A program made the position numbers and the translations under genes. Below, one piece after another: positions 13,573 through 26,898 of a stretch of 64,000 nt of DNA. The DNA comes from Epiperipatus broadwayi (Eukaryota; Animalia; Onychophora), in the NCBI GenBank assembly GCA_028023455.1, contig JAQFVV010000003.1, positions 5,642,001 to 5,706,000 on the forward strand, given 5' to 3'. The notes below the pieces were generated by a model. It saw only the letters and a list, made by a program, of their open reading frames with translations, did not search any database and was not told the DNA's origin. Every line of letters starts with the position of its first letter. Position 1 is the stretch's first letter.

Positions 13573-15780
13573 TGCACTACAAGGGCGCCATCTAGGCATT
13601 TGAAACTAGAAAAATTTATATAGTAGGCAGATACGTAAGTTCAAAAATTATTTTTATTTATTTTATATTGGTTGATTCCGGTCGTTAGCCCATTGTCACT
13701 AGCTCAATAGAATAGCAGAGATTTATATTTTATAAAAAATTCTTATCTAAGAATATATAAAAAAAGAATAAAATAAGCCACTGCCAGTAATTAACATACA
13801 AACATTTATTTACACACACACACACACACATATATATATAAAATTTAACATTATTATTTTAGCATGTTTACCTTAACATTTAACATTATTTTTAACTTTT
13901 GTTTTAGATTTTAATTTACATTTTAATTTTTATCCTATTATAAGTTCACACAGAAGGATTTATAAAAGTTTGTTTTATAAATGTTGAGTATAGATCAGTT
14001 ACGTAGATTACACGGTCAAAGACATTTCAAAGTAAACATAAACAATCAAAATATAAAGTCATTGATGGAAATGCAGAGGGGAATTTATAAGAAACCCAAT
14101 GGCATTCATCATAAGATGCCGCAAGACACCAATAACTTAAAAGACATCCAACATAAATACATCTTAGATACTCACCGTAAGGTATCAGTATTTACTGAAT
14201 GTCTATACATTTTGATCAAATATGAAAACCAAAAACATAATTAACCGGTAACGAACCCATGCAAGCATCTATACCCAACTTAAATTTAATGCATTTTTAT
14301 TTAGAGTGTCGAGTATGAATAGACTACATAGATTTGCATTTGAAAAGAAAATATTCTATCCTTATTTAACCTTAGGCCAAAAGTTCGCAGTCAAACCGGT
14401 GTCAATCCATCTGATACATTGATGTATTCAATGTAGCATGAAAATACAACAGCACAATATAGTATACTGTCAGGAATGGACATCTGAACAGTATAGTTAG
14501 AGAAGACATTGACTCTTGTCCAATACAGGAATATTACATCTGTATGGCAAGAAGAACAATAAAATAAAAACTCCATAGGAAGGGATCACAGCCTTTTTTG
14601 CCGACTTACAATCCCATCCATAGGCAACAAGATTTTGTGCGGTGTATACAGCGATTCTTCCCGTAGCGAACCTCATACTACATCTACTAATTACACCAAT
14701 ATATCCAATCCATTGACCTAATTCAACTATGAAACAAATAACCTAAGATTACCCTCCCCTAATATAACTTTACAAATCTATATAGCCATTCACACCTGAC
14801 TTAAGTTTAACATTTATATAATTTAATTTATCACAAAACAAAAATCATAAATAAAACTTAAAGAACAAAAAAAAAAAAATGGAAATGATTTAAAAAAAAA
14901 AAATACATCAAATAAAATTATAACTAATTAATAAATAATTTAGTTTGGTCAGATAGGAATCTATTTCTATTTTTTTTTAAATACAGGGAAAGTTTATATT
15001 TTAAAGTTCTTAATGTTTTCAAATGTTCATTAATTATATATTTCTTACTGTTATGAAAAATGTCCGTAGTCTCTGATTTTTTGTAATGGAAGGTGTTAAT
15101 TCCAACGAAGTCATAAGGAGACTGGTGTGCAGTTAACCATTGGTTCTTTATGGTTGATGGTACTCTTCCGGGCCTTGATGTCCTGTGGTCCGCAATACTA
15201 AAAAACGATGTTTCATTTTTTTGAACAACTGAAGGAATTGCAAGTGCGTCTTTCAATCCCTTCTCCTCCAACCCTCTCCAACTTAACACATATCTGTCAT
15301 CTTGTAATAAACTAACTAATAATTTCCAAACTTTTCCTTTTATATTAATTTTAAAGATTCAATTGACATTACGTCCTCGATGTGATGGTCCTTTCGCTGA
15401 GGTCCGATTCCATTGTTTTTCTCTCCTATCTTATTTTTGTTTATACATTTTAAATGCCCAAAAGCTAGTTTATATTTAACTAATTAAAATAATCATTTCC
15501 ATTTTTCAATAACATTAATTAATTTGTTGTCAAACTTCAAGATATATTTTTATCTCTAAATCTTTTTTAAGTTTTTGCTTTTAAAATACTTTTTCTATTT
15601 TTAATAAAGTTTTATTTTAATAATTTTTTTTATCTATGCGATTTTATATATATAAGTTTAGTATAGAATTTTAATTTTCAATTTTTAATTCTTAAAAAGG
15701 AAGTTTTATTTGCGAACTTTTATTCTTTTTATGTTTACTAATAAAAAAAACAATGTAACGTCATCTGTGCCCGTTACAAT
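13573..15780 (+). mobile_element. Unclassified repeat, copy A, with decayed convergent coding remnants (+ ~13980-14700; - ~15500-14930)
   Basis: Collinear homology with the reverse complement of ~52200-53953, from TGCACTACAAGGGCGCCATCTAGG through codon-like conserved blocks. The right boundary is uncertain. Confidence 0.7.
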
Positions 15781-16559
15781 ATACATATATATATTTATGA
15801 TTATATGAAAATCATATATTCTTTAAAACATTTTTTTTTTTACTTTGGGCCATCTATAGTAAATTTGTAATCAATTGACACTAATAGATGATTATTGAAT
15901 AGAATAATTAGAGTAAATACTGCTTCTAAAAACATAACCAGCAAATATATTTACTGTTTCTGTTTACCTATCTTACATTAAGTAAATCTGCAATCAACTG
16001 ACTTATCTTTTCATGATGATGATTTAATAAAATTATAAAAATTATTGCTGCAGAAAATATGTTTGTAATCACAATATGATATCACTTAGCAAATGAATAG
16101 ATTCATGTGTCAGAAAAATTGCTTTTAAAGTACTCTTAACATATGTTTTTGAAATAATTTAAACAAAACCAGATTTTAAAAGTTGATAATAATAAATATT
16201 ATGAATGTCATAATTTTTTTTATTATTACTGAATTAGACTCCAGTCAAATTATTCTACATTATTACATAGGAATGTATCTGGAATATACTTGAGAATCTA
16301 AACTACACAAACTAGTAATTGTCAACATTACAAAAATAAGAAGAAAGGCATTGTATAAATAACTAATTATGTATTATATGAAATTAAATTTTAAATGAGA
16401 CTATGACATCAGTGACAATATTATTGGAGAATTAGTTACACAAAAAGTTAAAAGTGTTAAAATCAAAATTTAAAGAATTTTTATTATTGGAGATTAGGTT
16501 TGTTTACAACACCATCATGATAGAAGTATATATGTGGCATAAGAAGATAATTATAAAAA

Positions 16560-17100
16560 TACTTAATTCCAGATTTTTAAAAAAAATTATCTCAAAATTT
16601 ATCTTAAAGATTATTTATTTCAAGATTCATCTTAAAAGATTACATAATTCAAAATTCATTTTAATGATTGCTTACCTCAAAAATCCTTATAAAGATTACT
16701 TAATTCAAGATTTGTTCCAAAATTACTTGCTTGAAGATTAATCTATATTTCAACTTTAATCTTAAAAATTACATAATTCAAGATTCACCTTAAAGATTGC
16801 TTATCTCACAATTAAGTCAAAATTTATTCTAGGGATTAATCATCTTAAAATTACTTATCACAAGATTCATTTTAAAAATTATTTACTTCAAGATTCATCT
16901 TAAAGATTATATCATTCATTTTAAAGATTTCTTACATCAGAGATTATTTTAAAAATAACACTTGTTTCAAAATTATTCTTAAAAATTATTTACACAAGTT
17001 TAAATTATTTATCTTAAAAATTCATCTTAAAGATTCATCTTAAATATTATTTACTTCAAGATATACATTAAAAATTACTTAATCTCAAGATTCATGTAAA
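16560..17100. repeat. Degenerate AT-rich minisatellite (AAGATTCATCTTAAAGATTA-like units)
   Basis: Many imperfect recurrences of AAGATTCATCTTAAA and GATTACTTA motifs. Confidence 0.7.
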
Positions 17101-18869
17101 GATGACAGTTTTAAAGAAAGTAGGATTAAAACTAGAGACTGTACAAATCTGATATATTTGGTATATATACATTTTCATGATTTCCAATGTTTTTTTTAAT
17201 GTTTTTCCAATTCAAGAGGGCAAATTCAGTTGACAAATAATGTAAAATTTAAATTTTACTTTTTGATTATTTTTTTAATAATTAAATTTTATATTAAAAT
17301 AGTGTCCTGTATAATTTTTTTAATTCATTTTAATCAATAATTTCATTAGAATATAATCTAATTGTATTTAATTTTTCTTTAGACATGATGTTCTTTTTTT
17401 GTAATATCCTGTTAATTTTTTTAAATTCAATCCTGAAATTTATTTATTAAAAAATCTGCAGCATAGAAATTTATGGAATTTAACAATAATTATCTTCTTT
17501 CAGCATAATTTATTATAAAATTTCAATTTTAGAGTAATGTTATGAATTTTAATGAGTTCTCTATATAATTAAAATGTTTACATTTACAAAAACTAAATTT
17601 TGTTTCTTGCCTAGATTTTGAAATCATCTTTATGCCCTAGACAAAAAGAAAATAGATGCCTCCAAATTAAGAACTTACATAAGTTCTTATTTTGTTTTTC
17701 AAAAAAAAAAAAAACATTTATAAAGTGTTGTTTCATTTAAAGAAAAGAAAAATTTCTAGCATATTATTTGAACTTATATATTGTTTAATTGTCTAATGAC
17801 TTATATAAAGATTTATCTTAAAGATTACAGTATTAAAAAACAAAGATTAAATTCAGAGATTATAAGAGTACAACTTATGATGTTTCTATCTTAATTCTCC
17901 TATTTATTTAAAGAATAAAAGTATCATTTGATCCATACATTAACTTGGTTTATTACTTTGAAGAATCTAAAAAAGCTAAAAGATAGCTGCTAAGTTTGTG
18001 AGTGAATTCTTCTCACTGAGACTACCCAAAATCTAGAATGGTAATTTTGATATGAAATTACCATCTAGCATCCAGTGATAATCAAGAGCTTACAATAGAT
18101 GGTTCTGGGAAAAAATCCATTGAATGATTTTCTGTTCTTAATGAATATATAAAAATACTATGCAGCAAATATTTTTGTTTAACTTATAATTTCACTATAT
18201 GTTTAAAAAAAACAATATATGATTAATTAAAATGAAGACTTCAATTTTAATTTTAAGAACTCAAATATAACAAAATGCTGTTGTGAATGATTAATTTATT
18301 ACCAAGAAATATTTTCTTAAAAAAATAAAAATAAATAAAAGCAAATGAATCTAAACATTTTTTTTTTAAAAAAAGATTTAAATATTGAGTAAAGAAAGGT
18401 GATTTTTTAAAAATAAATTTATAATCTATGGGAAGAATAACCTCTGCTTACATTTAATATATGTCTTTAGGGGCAATTCTCTTCATTTTATTTCAGAACC
18501 ATTTTCTGTAAGCTTGAATAGTTATTGGATATCAGATAAAGAATAATATAAACCAAAACTACTTCTGAGATATAATACCACTATCACCAGCATCCATTTA
18601 CTGAAGATAACAACTGATGAAACTGGAGTAGAATGAAAAAAGCTGCTTCTAAAATGTACAATCTAGTTCTGTTTCCGGTTGCCATCTGTAACAGTCTACT
18701 GTCTAGGTGGCCTACCTGAAAAGGGCTTATTCACACTTAAAGTGGAGTGAATTGCAAAAGTGAATACTCAAAAAGATTTGTAAATATATTTTTTACTATT
18801 AGGAAAAGTTTTATTATTCAAGAAGGAGCTGCACTGAAGTAGAAAAATCAATTTAATCGCTAAAGTAAT

Positions 18870-21300
18870 TTGATGCAAATGGCTGCCAATGCAAAATCAA
18901 AAGTGAAAGGGAAAAATAAATTACTAAATTCTCAAGAAATGAGTGTTACCTTGGAAGATGACTTCAAAATTGTTAGTAAGAAGAGTATCAGAAAGAAACA
19001 GCAAGTTAATAGTAATTATGAAAACAATTTTTCATTAGAACTCCCAAATAGATTTAAGAACAGTTCCTGAAAGTATAACAGGAAAAATTATAGAAAAAAG
19101 TGATTCTGAGAATCTATAGTTTCAGAACAAATTAGACAATTTAAATCCTGGATTTAGTATTAATAACAAATCAAATATGAGAAAAAATAACGAAATTAGC
19201 AAAACAAAAAAAAATTAAGTGAAAACTCCAAAGAACAAAAAAGTTATATTGAAAAAATCGGCGAATTCCAAAAGATACAATATTTATGTGATGAACCAGA
19301 AGTCGTCGACAATGGGGAAAATTGTCTTAGCAAAAAAAGTGGTCAGGAATTAAATTCAATCTCAATTTTAAGAACTGATATGCCAGAGGATGATGAGACC
19401 TTTGATTTAAGACCAATTTTGGAATTTTCTGATGAAGGGGAGGGGAGATATAAGAAAAACAACAGCGCAGAGGTGGCACCATGGAAAAAATCACATATTA
19501 AAAAAATAGCATTAAATGAAAACAGTAATGAAAATAAAGCAGAAAATAGACACTTAAAGTCTAAAGACCATATAAAACACCAATATGAACCTTCTACTTC
19601 AGCAGAGAATAATTATCTGACCCGGGGAAGAAATGAAACAGCAAATAAAAGCAAAATGAATCAGACCGGTGAAATAACAAGGAATAAACAATTTTATGAA
19701 AGTTTTAAAAATGACTCAAAGATAAATAGACATAAACGGTTCCATAAGAGATCTTAGAAATGGTCTTTATCAGGAAAATGTTTCAGAAGGGGCAAAAACT
19801 AAAAATGTACATTCGACACAACTAAAAAGTAGAATTCCTACTGTTGCAAATACAAAATTAAAAAAGTCTCCTGTTGAAAATACTCTAGGCTCAAAAAAAT
19901 TTGAACAAAATCAAAGAAATCAGAAAGGTTATCCTAAAGACAAAATAAATAACCCTCAAAATCATTTACAGAGACATTTTTATCATCTTTCAAGCTCAAA
20001 TTTTCCACCACTGAAATCTAATAATAATTCAAACTTTACTAAGCAAGATCTATTGATATGGACTAAAGAAATTCAAAATGTGAAAAAGACTGAACCAATA
20101 TCCTATGCTGAGAAAGCTATGATTAATAGTAATTCAAAAAATTTAAATGATATAAACATGCAGAATAAATCCCAAGAATATGAACAAAATGAAAGTTATT
20201 TAAAATCACTGAAAATTATTGCTAATTAAGAAATTACATCTGACTCTCAAAGTAATATTATAGAAGAACTTAGGAATAACCCAGAGCTACATTCAATAAT
20301 TTCTGAAAAATTCAACCAATCAATTCCAACAGTTCTTATGAGATCTTTTCAAACTTATAAGCATGAAAATGCTCTTATTATGTTGACTATGAATAAATAT
20401 CTTAATTATTATAAATTTTATATCCATGATTTATATAGGTTCCTTAAACAGCAGGGCCTCAGCGAATCAATATACAAAATACTATTCCATCCAAATAATA
20501 GGTATGTGATCATATAATTTAATAATTCATTCATCAAGAAAGCATTCAAAAACAATTTCAAAGTGTTGGCAGATCTTTTTCTGATAGTAATTGATCTTAA
20601 TAGACCAACATGCCTAGAAGGAATTGTCCACAACTGTGGAATTAATTTCAAGATTGCGGATCTCCAAAAAATTCTTTTAAAATCTTTCCAAAATGGCCAA
20701 GATTTTAAATTTCCAATATCAATCAATTAAAGATTTGGATGACAAAATATTGACAAATACAGCGACATTTAAAATATTGCTAAAGAAGGGAATTTTACCG
20801 TTACTGATACATGCCCTTTTGGATTATAATGAATCACCGTTGATTTTGAGAAGTATAGCCCCACAGTGCTTTCATTGTAAGCAACATGGACATTTAATGA
20901 GAGATTGCCAGATAGAAAGTGCAATTGGTGTGGGGTCATAAAAAAGAAAAATCACAGATGCCAATCTAAAAATCCAACAATACATGCTCCATGGGCTACA
21001 GTGGTTTCAAGAGTTGAACAAAGAAATGACAGAAGAGATGTAGTGAATAGTCAGAAATGCCAAGCAATAGAAGACCAGCAAATGGAAGAAATTTTCTCCA
21101 ATTCTGGGACTCTAAGAAGATCTTCATGTGATATCAGCTCTTCGATGGAAAAGCTGAGGTCTAACACTTCTGAAGTCTCAGTTCATGAGAGCAAATAAGT
21201 GAAAGGTGGAATTGGTGAGCTCCTTCAAAGAAAGAGGAAAATTTGACCTAAGCTCAACCTCTGCATCTCCTAAGGCTATGCTGGATATTGAAGATGTGCC
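18870..21300 (+). pseudogene. LINE ORF1 (gag-like) remnant with CCHC zinc knuckle(s)
   Basis: Lys/Asn-rich N-terminus, CFHCKQHGHLMRDC (~20867-20910), then a frameshifted KCNWCG...H..C. Many stops and frameshifts. Confidence 0.75.
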
Positions 21301-22865
21301 CATAGAAGATCTGGTAGATTTTTAGATCAATTAACTGTATCTCTCACTTCCTGATAAAAAGTTCTGACATAACTCTCCAGATTGGGCAGACTGTCTTATT
21401 GAGACAAGTTCTAGAGATATCTCAGAGTGAAAAATTGATGTGGTTATATCACCAACCTATGAAGCCAGACTGAATGGGCTAGATGTTGAACCTGGATCCT
21501 CCTTTGTTATTGACCAGGAGGAAATAGTTTTGACCCCAGATCATGCAGTAGAATTAGATAAGTTTAAAGAGATTAGAAACAAAAACTGATGAAGACCAGA
21601 GCCTTTTATTAAAAAGATATAATCCTCATTATTTATTATCAAAATTGCATCCATCAATATTAGGGGTTTAAATTCTTGTAATAGAGCCATTGCCTTAGAG
21701 CACTGGTTTAGAACTCAGGCTCCTAATATTTTGTGTCTTGGGGAGACAAAGATTCATCTCCGGACTGATCCACTAATAATTGAGAAAATTAACTCGGTTT
21801 CTTTCATTATTCTTTCTCCAATGTGGCTGCAGGAGGGGTTGCCATCATACTAAACAAAACATCGCCAATTAATTTTCTTTAAGATCATTAAAGTTGACAA
21901 TAATTGTCTTATTGCAATTATAAAAATTCATAATTTTACATTTAATCTAATTAATGTGTATTTATCAAGACAGTCTGAAATAATTCATAAAGTAGTACAA
22001 TATATCAATATATCACTGAGAACAAGCCCCTTTCCCATGATAATAGTTGGTGATTTTAATCTCACCTTTGATAAATTTCAAAACCATTCAGTCAATCAAC
22101 ATACCTTTAATTAGTTGTAGACCTCTTTTTCCAAAAAAGGTCTTTTCTTTTTATAATAGAAATGCGAAGACCTTGATAGACCTGCTCTTTGTCTCCCCAA
22201 TATTATTTAATGCCTTAACAGCAGAGCTTCAGCCCACGGTGTTCTCAGACCACTTTTCACTTGAATTTAAGTTCTTTGGCAATGATTTTAGTGAAGTGGT
22301 GTCAGAGTTACCAAGAACGATAAGGATGTTGACTCATGCCAACATTAATACTCAATTGATTTCAGAGGCCTACATTTTATTTAATAAAGTCAACTTACAT
22401 AGGCTTCCAGAATATGATGCATGGAACAATTCACCAAGATTTTGGAAAAACTAATAAATAATTGTACCATTAAATCCTGAGGCCCAATACACATTTTGGG
22501 AGAAATGGATAAAATAGCCAGTAAATTGATTGGTTTGCCTCTTGAAGCCCAAAACATTGACTTGATTATCAAATTAAAATCAAGATATAAAGCATCACAG
22601 GGGCAATTGCCGAGTACCTCTCAATCAAGAGGACATGACAATTTATTCAACACCAGCACTGTTGGACTAGGGGCTACTTTAGGTGGGCCCTTGGTTCCGG
22701 CAGGAATGCAAAGGCATCATGGGTGATTGAGATGGTTGGCAAGCTATATGCTGGGACTTCCATGCTTACCAAAATTTCATGATTATTATGCTGAAAAGTT
22801 TCAACCTCCAGGAACAATGATTACTAAAGAAACTTTTAACCCTTGGATAGAGTTCAATACATTGT

Positions 22866-23731
22866 TGCGGACAAAGCACCATCTGTGGCATTAGTACTCA
22901 ACGCAATATTGCGTTTTGAATTTCCTTTTACAACTGTTAGCAGATTTGCCCGAATATTTTCGCTTTTTCAATTTTAGCACATGCATATATGATTCAGGTA
23001 TTAAAAATAAAAAAATAAAGTTTCACATAGATGGCAGTTATAATTAATGATTTATTCATTTTTCCATGGATGGTAATTTGTAGCCCCATATTTACTGATT
23101 TTCCTACCTATATTAGAGAAAAGATGTTCGTCTTTGCTAATCTGCAAAATAATTTTCCAATTTTTTTTAATAATTTGCATTATTCTTTCAATTGGTAAGT
23201 TATAATAATTATTTATGATTTATTTTTCTTTTTTAAAAAATATTTCTATGAAAATAATGTAGATTTTGAAAATATACAACGTTGTTTTGTCTTGAAAATT
23301 TTCAACATCACGTTATGTTTGGCTTATCTATAAATTTTTGAATATCTATTATATTTTTTACAAAATATTTTAGGTTTTAGAAAGTATGTGTTTTAGGTTT
23401 TAGAAAGTATGTGAATCAAAACTTGATTTATATATATTTTTATAATAATGTATTTTTAATAATAAAATAAACAGCATTTGTTTTTCATATATTTTGAGTC
23501 ACGTGATAGCATATATATATATTCATTTTTCACCTCTCATTATATCCATCCGGTTTTTTGGACAAAAAATATATAAATATGGTTTTCTTTCATATGAAAT
23601 ATAATTTACATTTTAGAATGTATATGACCCAAAAATTTTGATTTATATATATTTATAATTCAATAAATAAAATTAGCATTTCTTTTTCATATATTTTGAG
23701 TTACATGATAGCATATATGCATATATCTGTA
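22866..23731. mobile_element. 866-bp AT-rich insertion in LINE ORF2 with a 5-bp ATTGT TSD (solo-LTR-like or non-autonomous element)
   Basis: ATTGT at 22861-22865 and 23732-23736. Removing the insert rejoins the reading FNTLYKGTIW. Termini TG...TA, internal direct repeats, and palindrome AACGCAATATTGCGTT at 22900-22915. Confidence 0.5.
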
Positions 23732-24740
23732 ATTGTATAAAGGCACAATTTGGGCCTCTTTTTTGAAAAAAAAAAACTATGGAAAGGTTAATGTAGAGAA
23801 TATGTAGAGAATTCACCAACACACAAAATTATGGAAAATAGGATTATTCAAAGGATTAAATTGATGCCTGAGAAGACACATCCTGGTTTGCATGGAATTC
23901 CTAGATTCCTCTTACTTCATCTGAGTGCATTTATAGCACCCATTATAAAGAAAATGGCAAATTTGTTGGCTTTTGGCAGCCAGGAACTTCCAAGGATCAA
24001 CCCGATAGCTATGGTTCCTTTGGTCAAAAAGCTGGAGGGCCCTCAGGACCTGGAGAATCTTGGGCCTATATCAATGATCTCCCTAATGATAAAGACAGTT
24101 GATGGCCTGATTAAAGTTGATGAGTATCTTAGCCCAGCTGTCTGTCTGTCTGTCAGTTTGCCAAGAGAAGGGGTTTGATGTCTGATGCAGTAAGTTAATT
24201 TCCCCTCCTGGTAGAACATGTACACATGAAAAAGATGTCTCAGCCAGTTGCAGTTCAGCTTGACTTGCAGCCTTTGATTGTGTCAGAGTTGACATACTCT
24301 TAAAGGTTTTTGAAGGACTCAAAGTACCTCCAGCATACCTCCAAATGATAGAGAACCTTCTGCAAAATCATGGAAGTGTTTCTCTCTCTGGATGAATGAG
24401 CCTTTCCAGGTTTTCAACCCTATGTCTCCATTCCACAGGGCTCACTTCTGAGTGCACTCCTATTTACAGCTTATGTGAATCCCTTCCTGTTAAACATCGA
24501 GGCATCTCTTAAAAGGATAGCCATTCCTTTGCTGAAGGAGAACATCCATCACATTTCCTATATGGATGATGTGGTGGTACTTCTCTCTTCACTGGAAGAG
24601 ATTGCAAATCTGGAAGAGCTCTTGGACTGATTCAAATTAAAATTCAGTCTAAGGGTCAATGAGGAGAAATCAGCCAGATAGTCAATTGGGACCGGAAAGC
24701 AAATTCTTGGCAGGTTTAAGGCTCCCTCTCAGAAGTTCCT

Positions 24741-25019
24741 GGGATTTCATCTTGCTTCTCCCCCTTTTGAAATGAGAAAAAAATCCAAGATGTTTTATTA
24801 ATTAAGGAAAATTTGTCATATCCCTAAAAAAAGTCTACTTGTCTTTATTCAGGAAAGTACCATTAATAAATGTAGTCTCTGGGATTTCATCTTGCTTCTC
24901 CCCCTTTTGAAATGAGAAAAGAAATCCAAGATGTTTTATTAATTAAAATAGGAAAATTTGTCGCATCCCTAAGAAAAGTCTACTTGTCTTTATTCAGGAA
25001 AGTAGCATTGATAAATGCA
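24741..25019 (+). repeat. ~138-bp tandem duplication inside LINE ORF2
   Basis: CTGGGATTTCATCTTGCTTCTCCCCCTTTTGAAATGAG... starts at 24741 and again at 24879. The copies are slightly diverged. Confidence 0.9.
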
Positions 25020-26734
25020 GTCATGCTTCCAAAAATAACATATTTCCTTGCAAGGTTTTCTCCAATGAAAGCCTTCATAAGGAATGTTGAAACCCAATGT
25101 AAGAAATTATGTTGTGGGGGGGGCTCCTTTCGTCAGCCTAAGTCTCCTGAAAAGATCTAGACAACAAAATGGATTAGGCCTACACTCAATTAGGACATTT
25201 TTAGTGCAAAGCATGTACAATATTTTATGCAAACTTTTTACTAATAATCCAGAGATAGAAGGTCCAATCCCGGCCTCCTCCCAAAATGAGTAAACTCTGG
25301 ATCCAACAACAGGTGAGGCTGGTACTTGATAGTTTCAAGACCAGTGTCACCTCAACACTATTTCAAAATAAGATAAATTATTGGAGCACATATAATGCTA
25401 TAAATCCTAACAATCCAAATATTGAAAATATACTTCCAATAGGAATTCTAAGGTTCTTGAGGTTGACTAAGTGACTAAAATTGGAGCCTAGATTAGTTAA
25501 TTTTCTCATCAAGGTCAACCTCAGGGCCTTGCATATGGCTGACTTCCTGCACTATCGACGAAGCTATGGTATGGACCCTATCTGTTCAATGTGTAAAAAA
25601 CAAGAAGAAAAAGTGGAATATATATGGAAAGTGTGCGAAACATGGGTTAATTTGTGCAACATTTTAAAGTCTTTCATTGCAAACAAAGAGATTGCCTGTG
25701 TGGATATAATTCAGGCATTCAAGAAAGGACTTTTTGGATGAATCAGACTTTAGCATTTGGATTCTCGGGAATAGACTGATTTTCGAAAAAGGTACAGACA
25801 TTGATCCTTTAAAGATGATTTTGGAATCATTGCACGAGTGCAAAACTAGCGATAAGAAATTCTGCCAGAGATGGTTAACAGACCAAACATGGTTGTTAAT
25901 ACGTGTTGTGGTTTGAAGTTACTCAGATGTAACAAATATGTTACATCTATGATTTAGTCTTCAGGAATTGAACAGCCATGTTATAAGTGGAAGTAAAAGT
26001 TCAATTTTGATAAGTTTAAAACAAATTATGTATAAATTGAAATTTGTTCATTATATGGATCAGAATTTAATTGAATGGTTTATAATAAAATTTAATCTAG
26101 ACAGTTAATATGTTATTAACAGAGAAAACTGTAATTTAAAAAATGTAATAAAAATACTCAATGTTATGATTGAAATTTTGTAATTGATATGTATATTTTG
26201 CAATCCATTTGGGTGTGAATAAAGTCCAATTTTGAAAGTAAAATGTACAATATGTTTAACAGTAATCAAAATGATTTATTTATTTTTAATATTCAGTGTT
26301 TCTTCAAAATGACATTTTAGAACATTACACTGCTAACCATCCTTGAATCATTAAAAAAAGAATAACAGATCGCCTTCTTTAAAATAAGATGTTAGAGAGG
26401 AGGGAGAGGAATAAAAAAATTTATGTGTAAAATTTATCAGGAGTTGCACAAAATAAATTTTTAAAAAATTTGAAAGATAATTTATATTGATATAAATTGT
26501 ATTTGAATGATCAAAATCTTTAATATTATAAAATTTCAACAAATTATTTTTCAACTATCAAGTTATGAGAATGTAGAAAAAATGGTATACTGCAATATGA
26601 GCCAGTTGCACTGACAGAAATTACTATTATTACAATACATTGATGATAGAATTGAAGAATAATTATATATATATATAGCCACATGAAGTTTTTTAAATAC
26701 TTTCTTTTTCCACTTTTAAAAGAATACATGTAAG

Positions 26735-26898
26735 AATACAATTAATAGCACTATCCGGACTTATGAGATTTGTATTTTCTATCATCAAAAACATTACACT
26801 ATTTTGTTCCCATCTGAATACAATTAATAGCACTATCCGGACTTATGAGATTTGTATTTTCTATCATCAAAAACATTACACTATTTTGTTTCCATCTG
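26735..26898. repeat. 82-bp tandem duplication
   Basis: AATACAATTAATAGCACTATCCGGAC... at 26735 and 26817, with about one mismatch. Confidence 0.95.

Larger units (their letters stand above)
21640..25920 (+). pseudogene. LINE ORF2 remnant: APE endonuclease, reverse transcriptase and C-terminal Cys motif
   Basis: APE motifs SINIRGLN, ILCLGETK, IIVGDFN, IDLLFVS, FSDH. RT motifs PGLHGIP, LGPISMI, PQGSLLSALLF, YMDD, KFLG, LINAVMLPKITY. C-terminal CSMCKKQEEKVEYIWKVC. Confidence 0.9.
18670..26230 (+). mobile_element. Near full-length decayed L1/Tx1-type non-LTR retrotransposon
   Basis: ORF1 remnant with a zinc knuckle, followed by ORF2 remnants in the order APE, RT, C-terminal cysteine motif. AATAAA near 26218. 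Both ends are approximate. Confidence 0.85.

Noticed and set aside
16454-16741. 95-aa ORF
   Set aside because: It is low-complexity read-through of the degenerate minisatellite and has a TTG/GTG-type start.
22900-22915. Helitron 3' hairpin
   Set aside because: There is no convincing TC start, CTRR end or AT target, and a 5-bp TSD argues against a Helitron.
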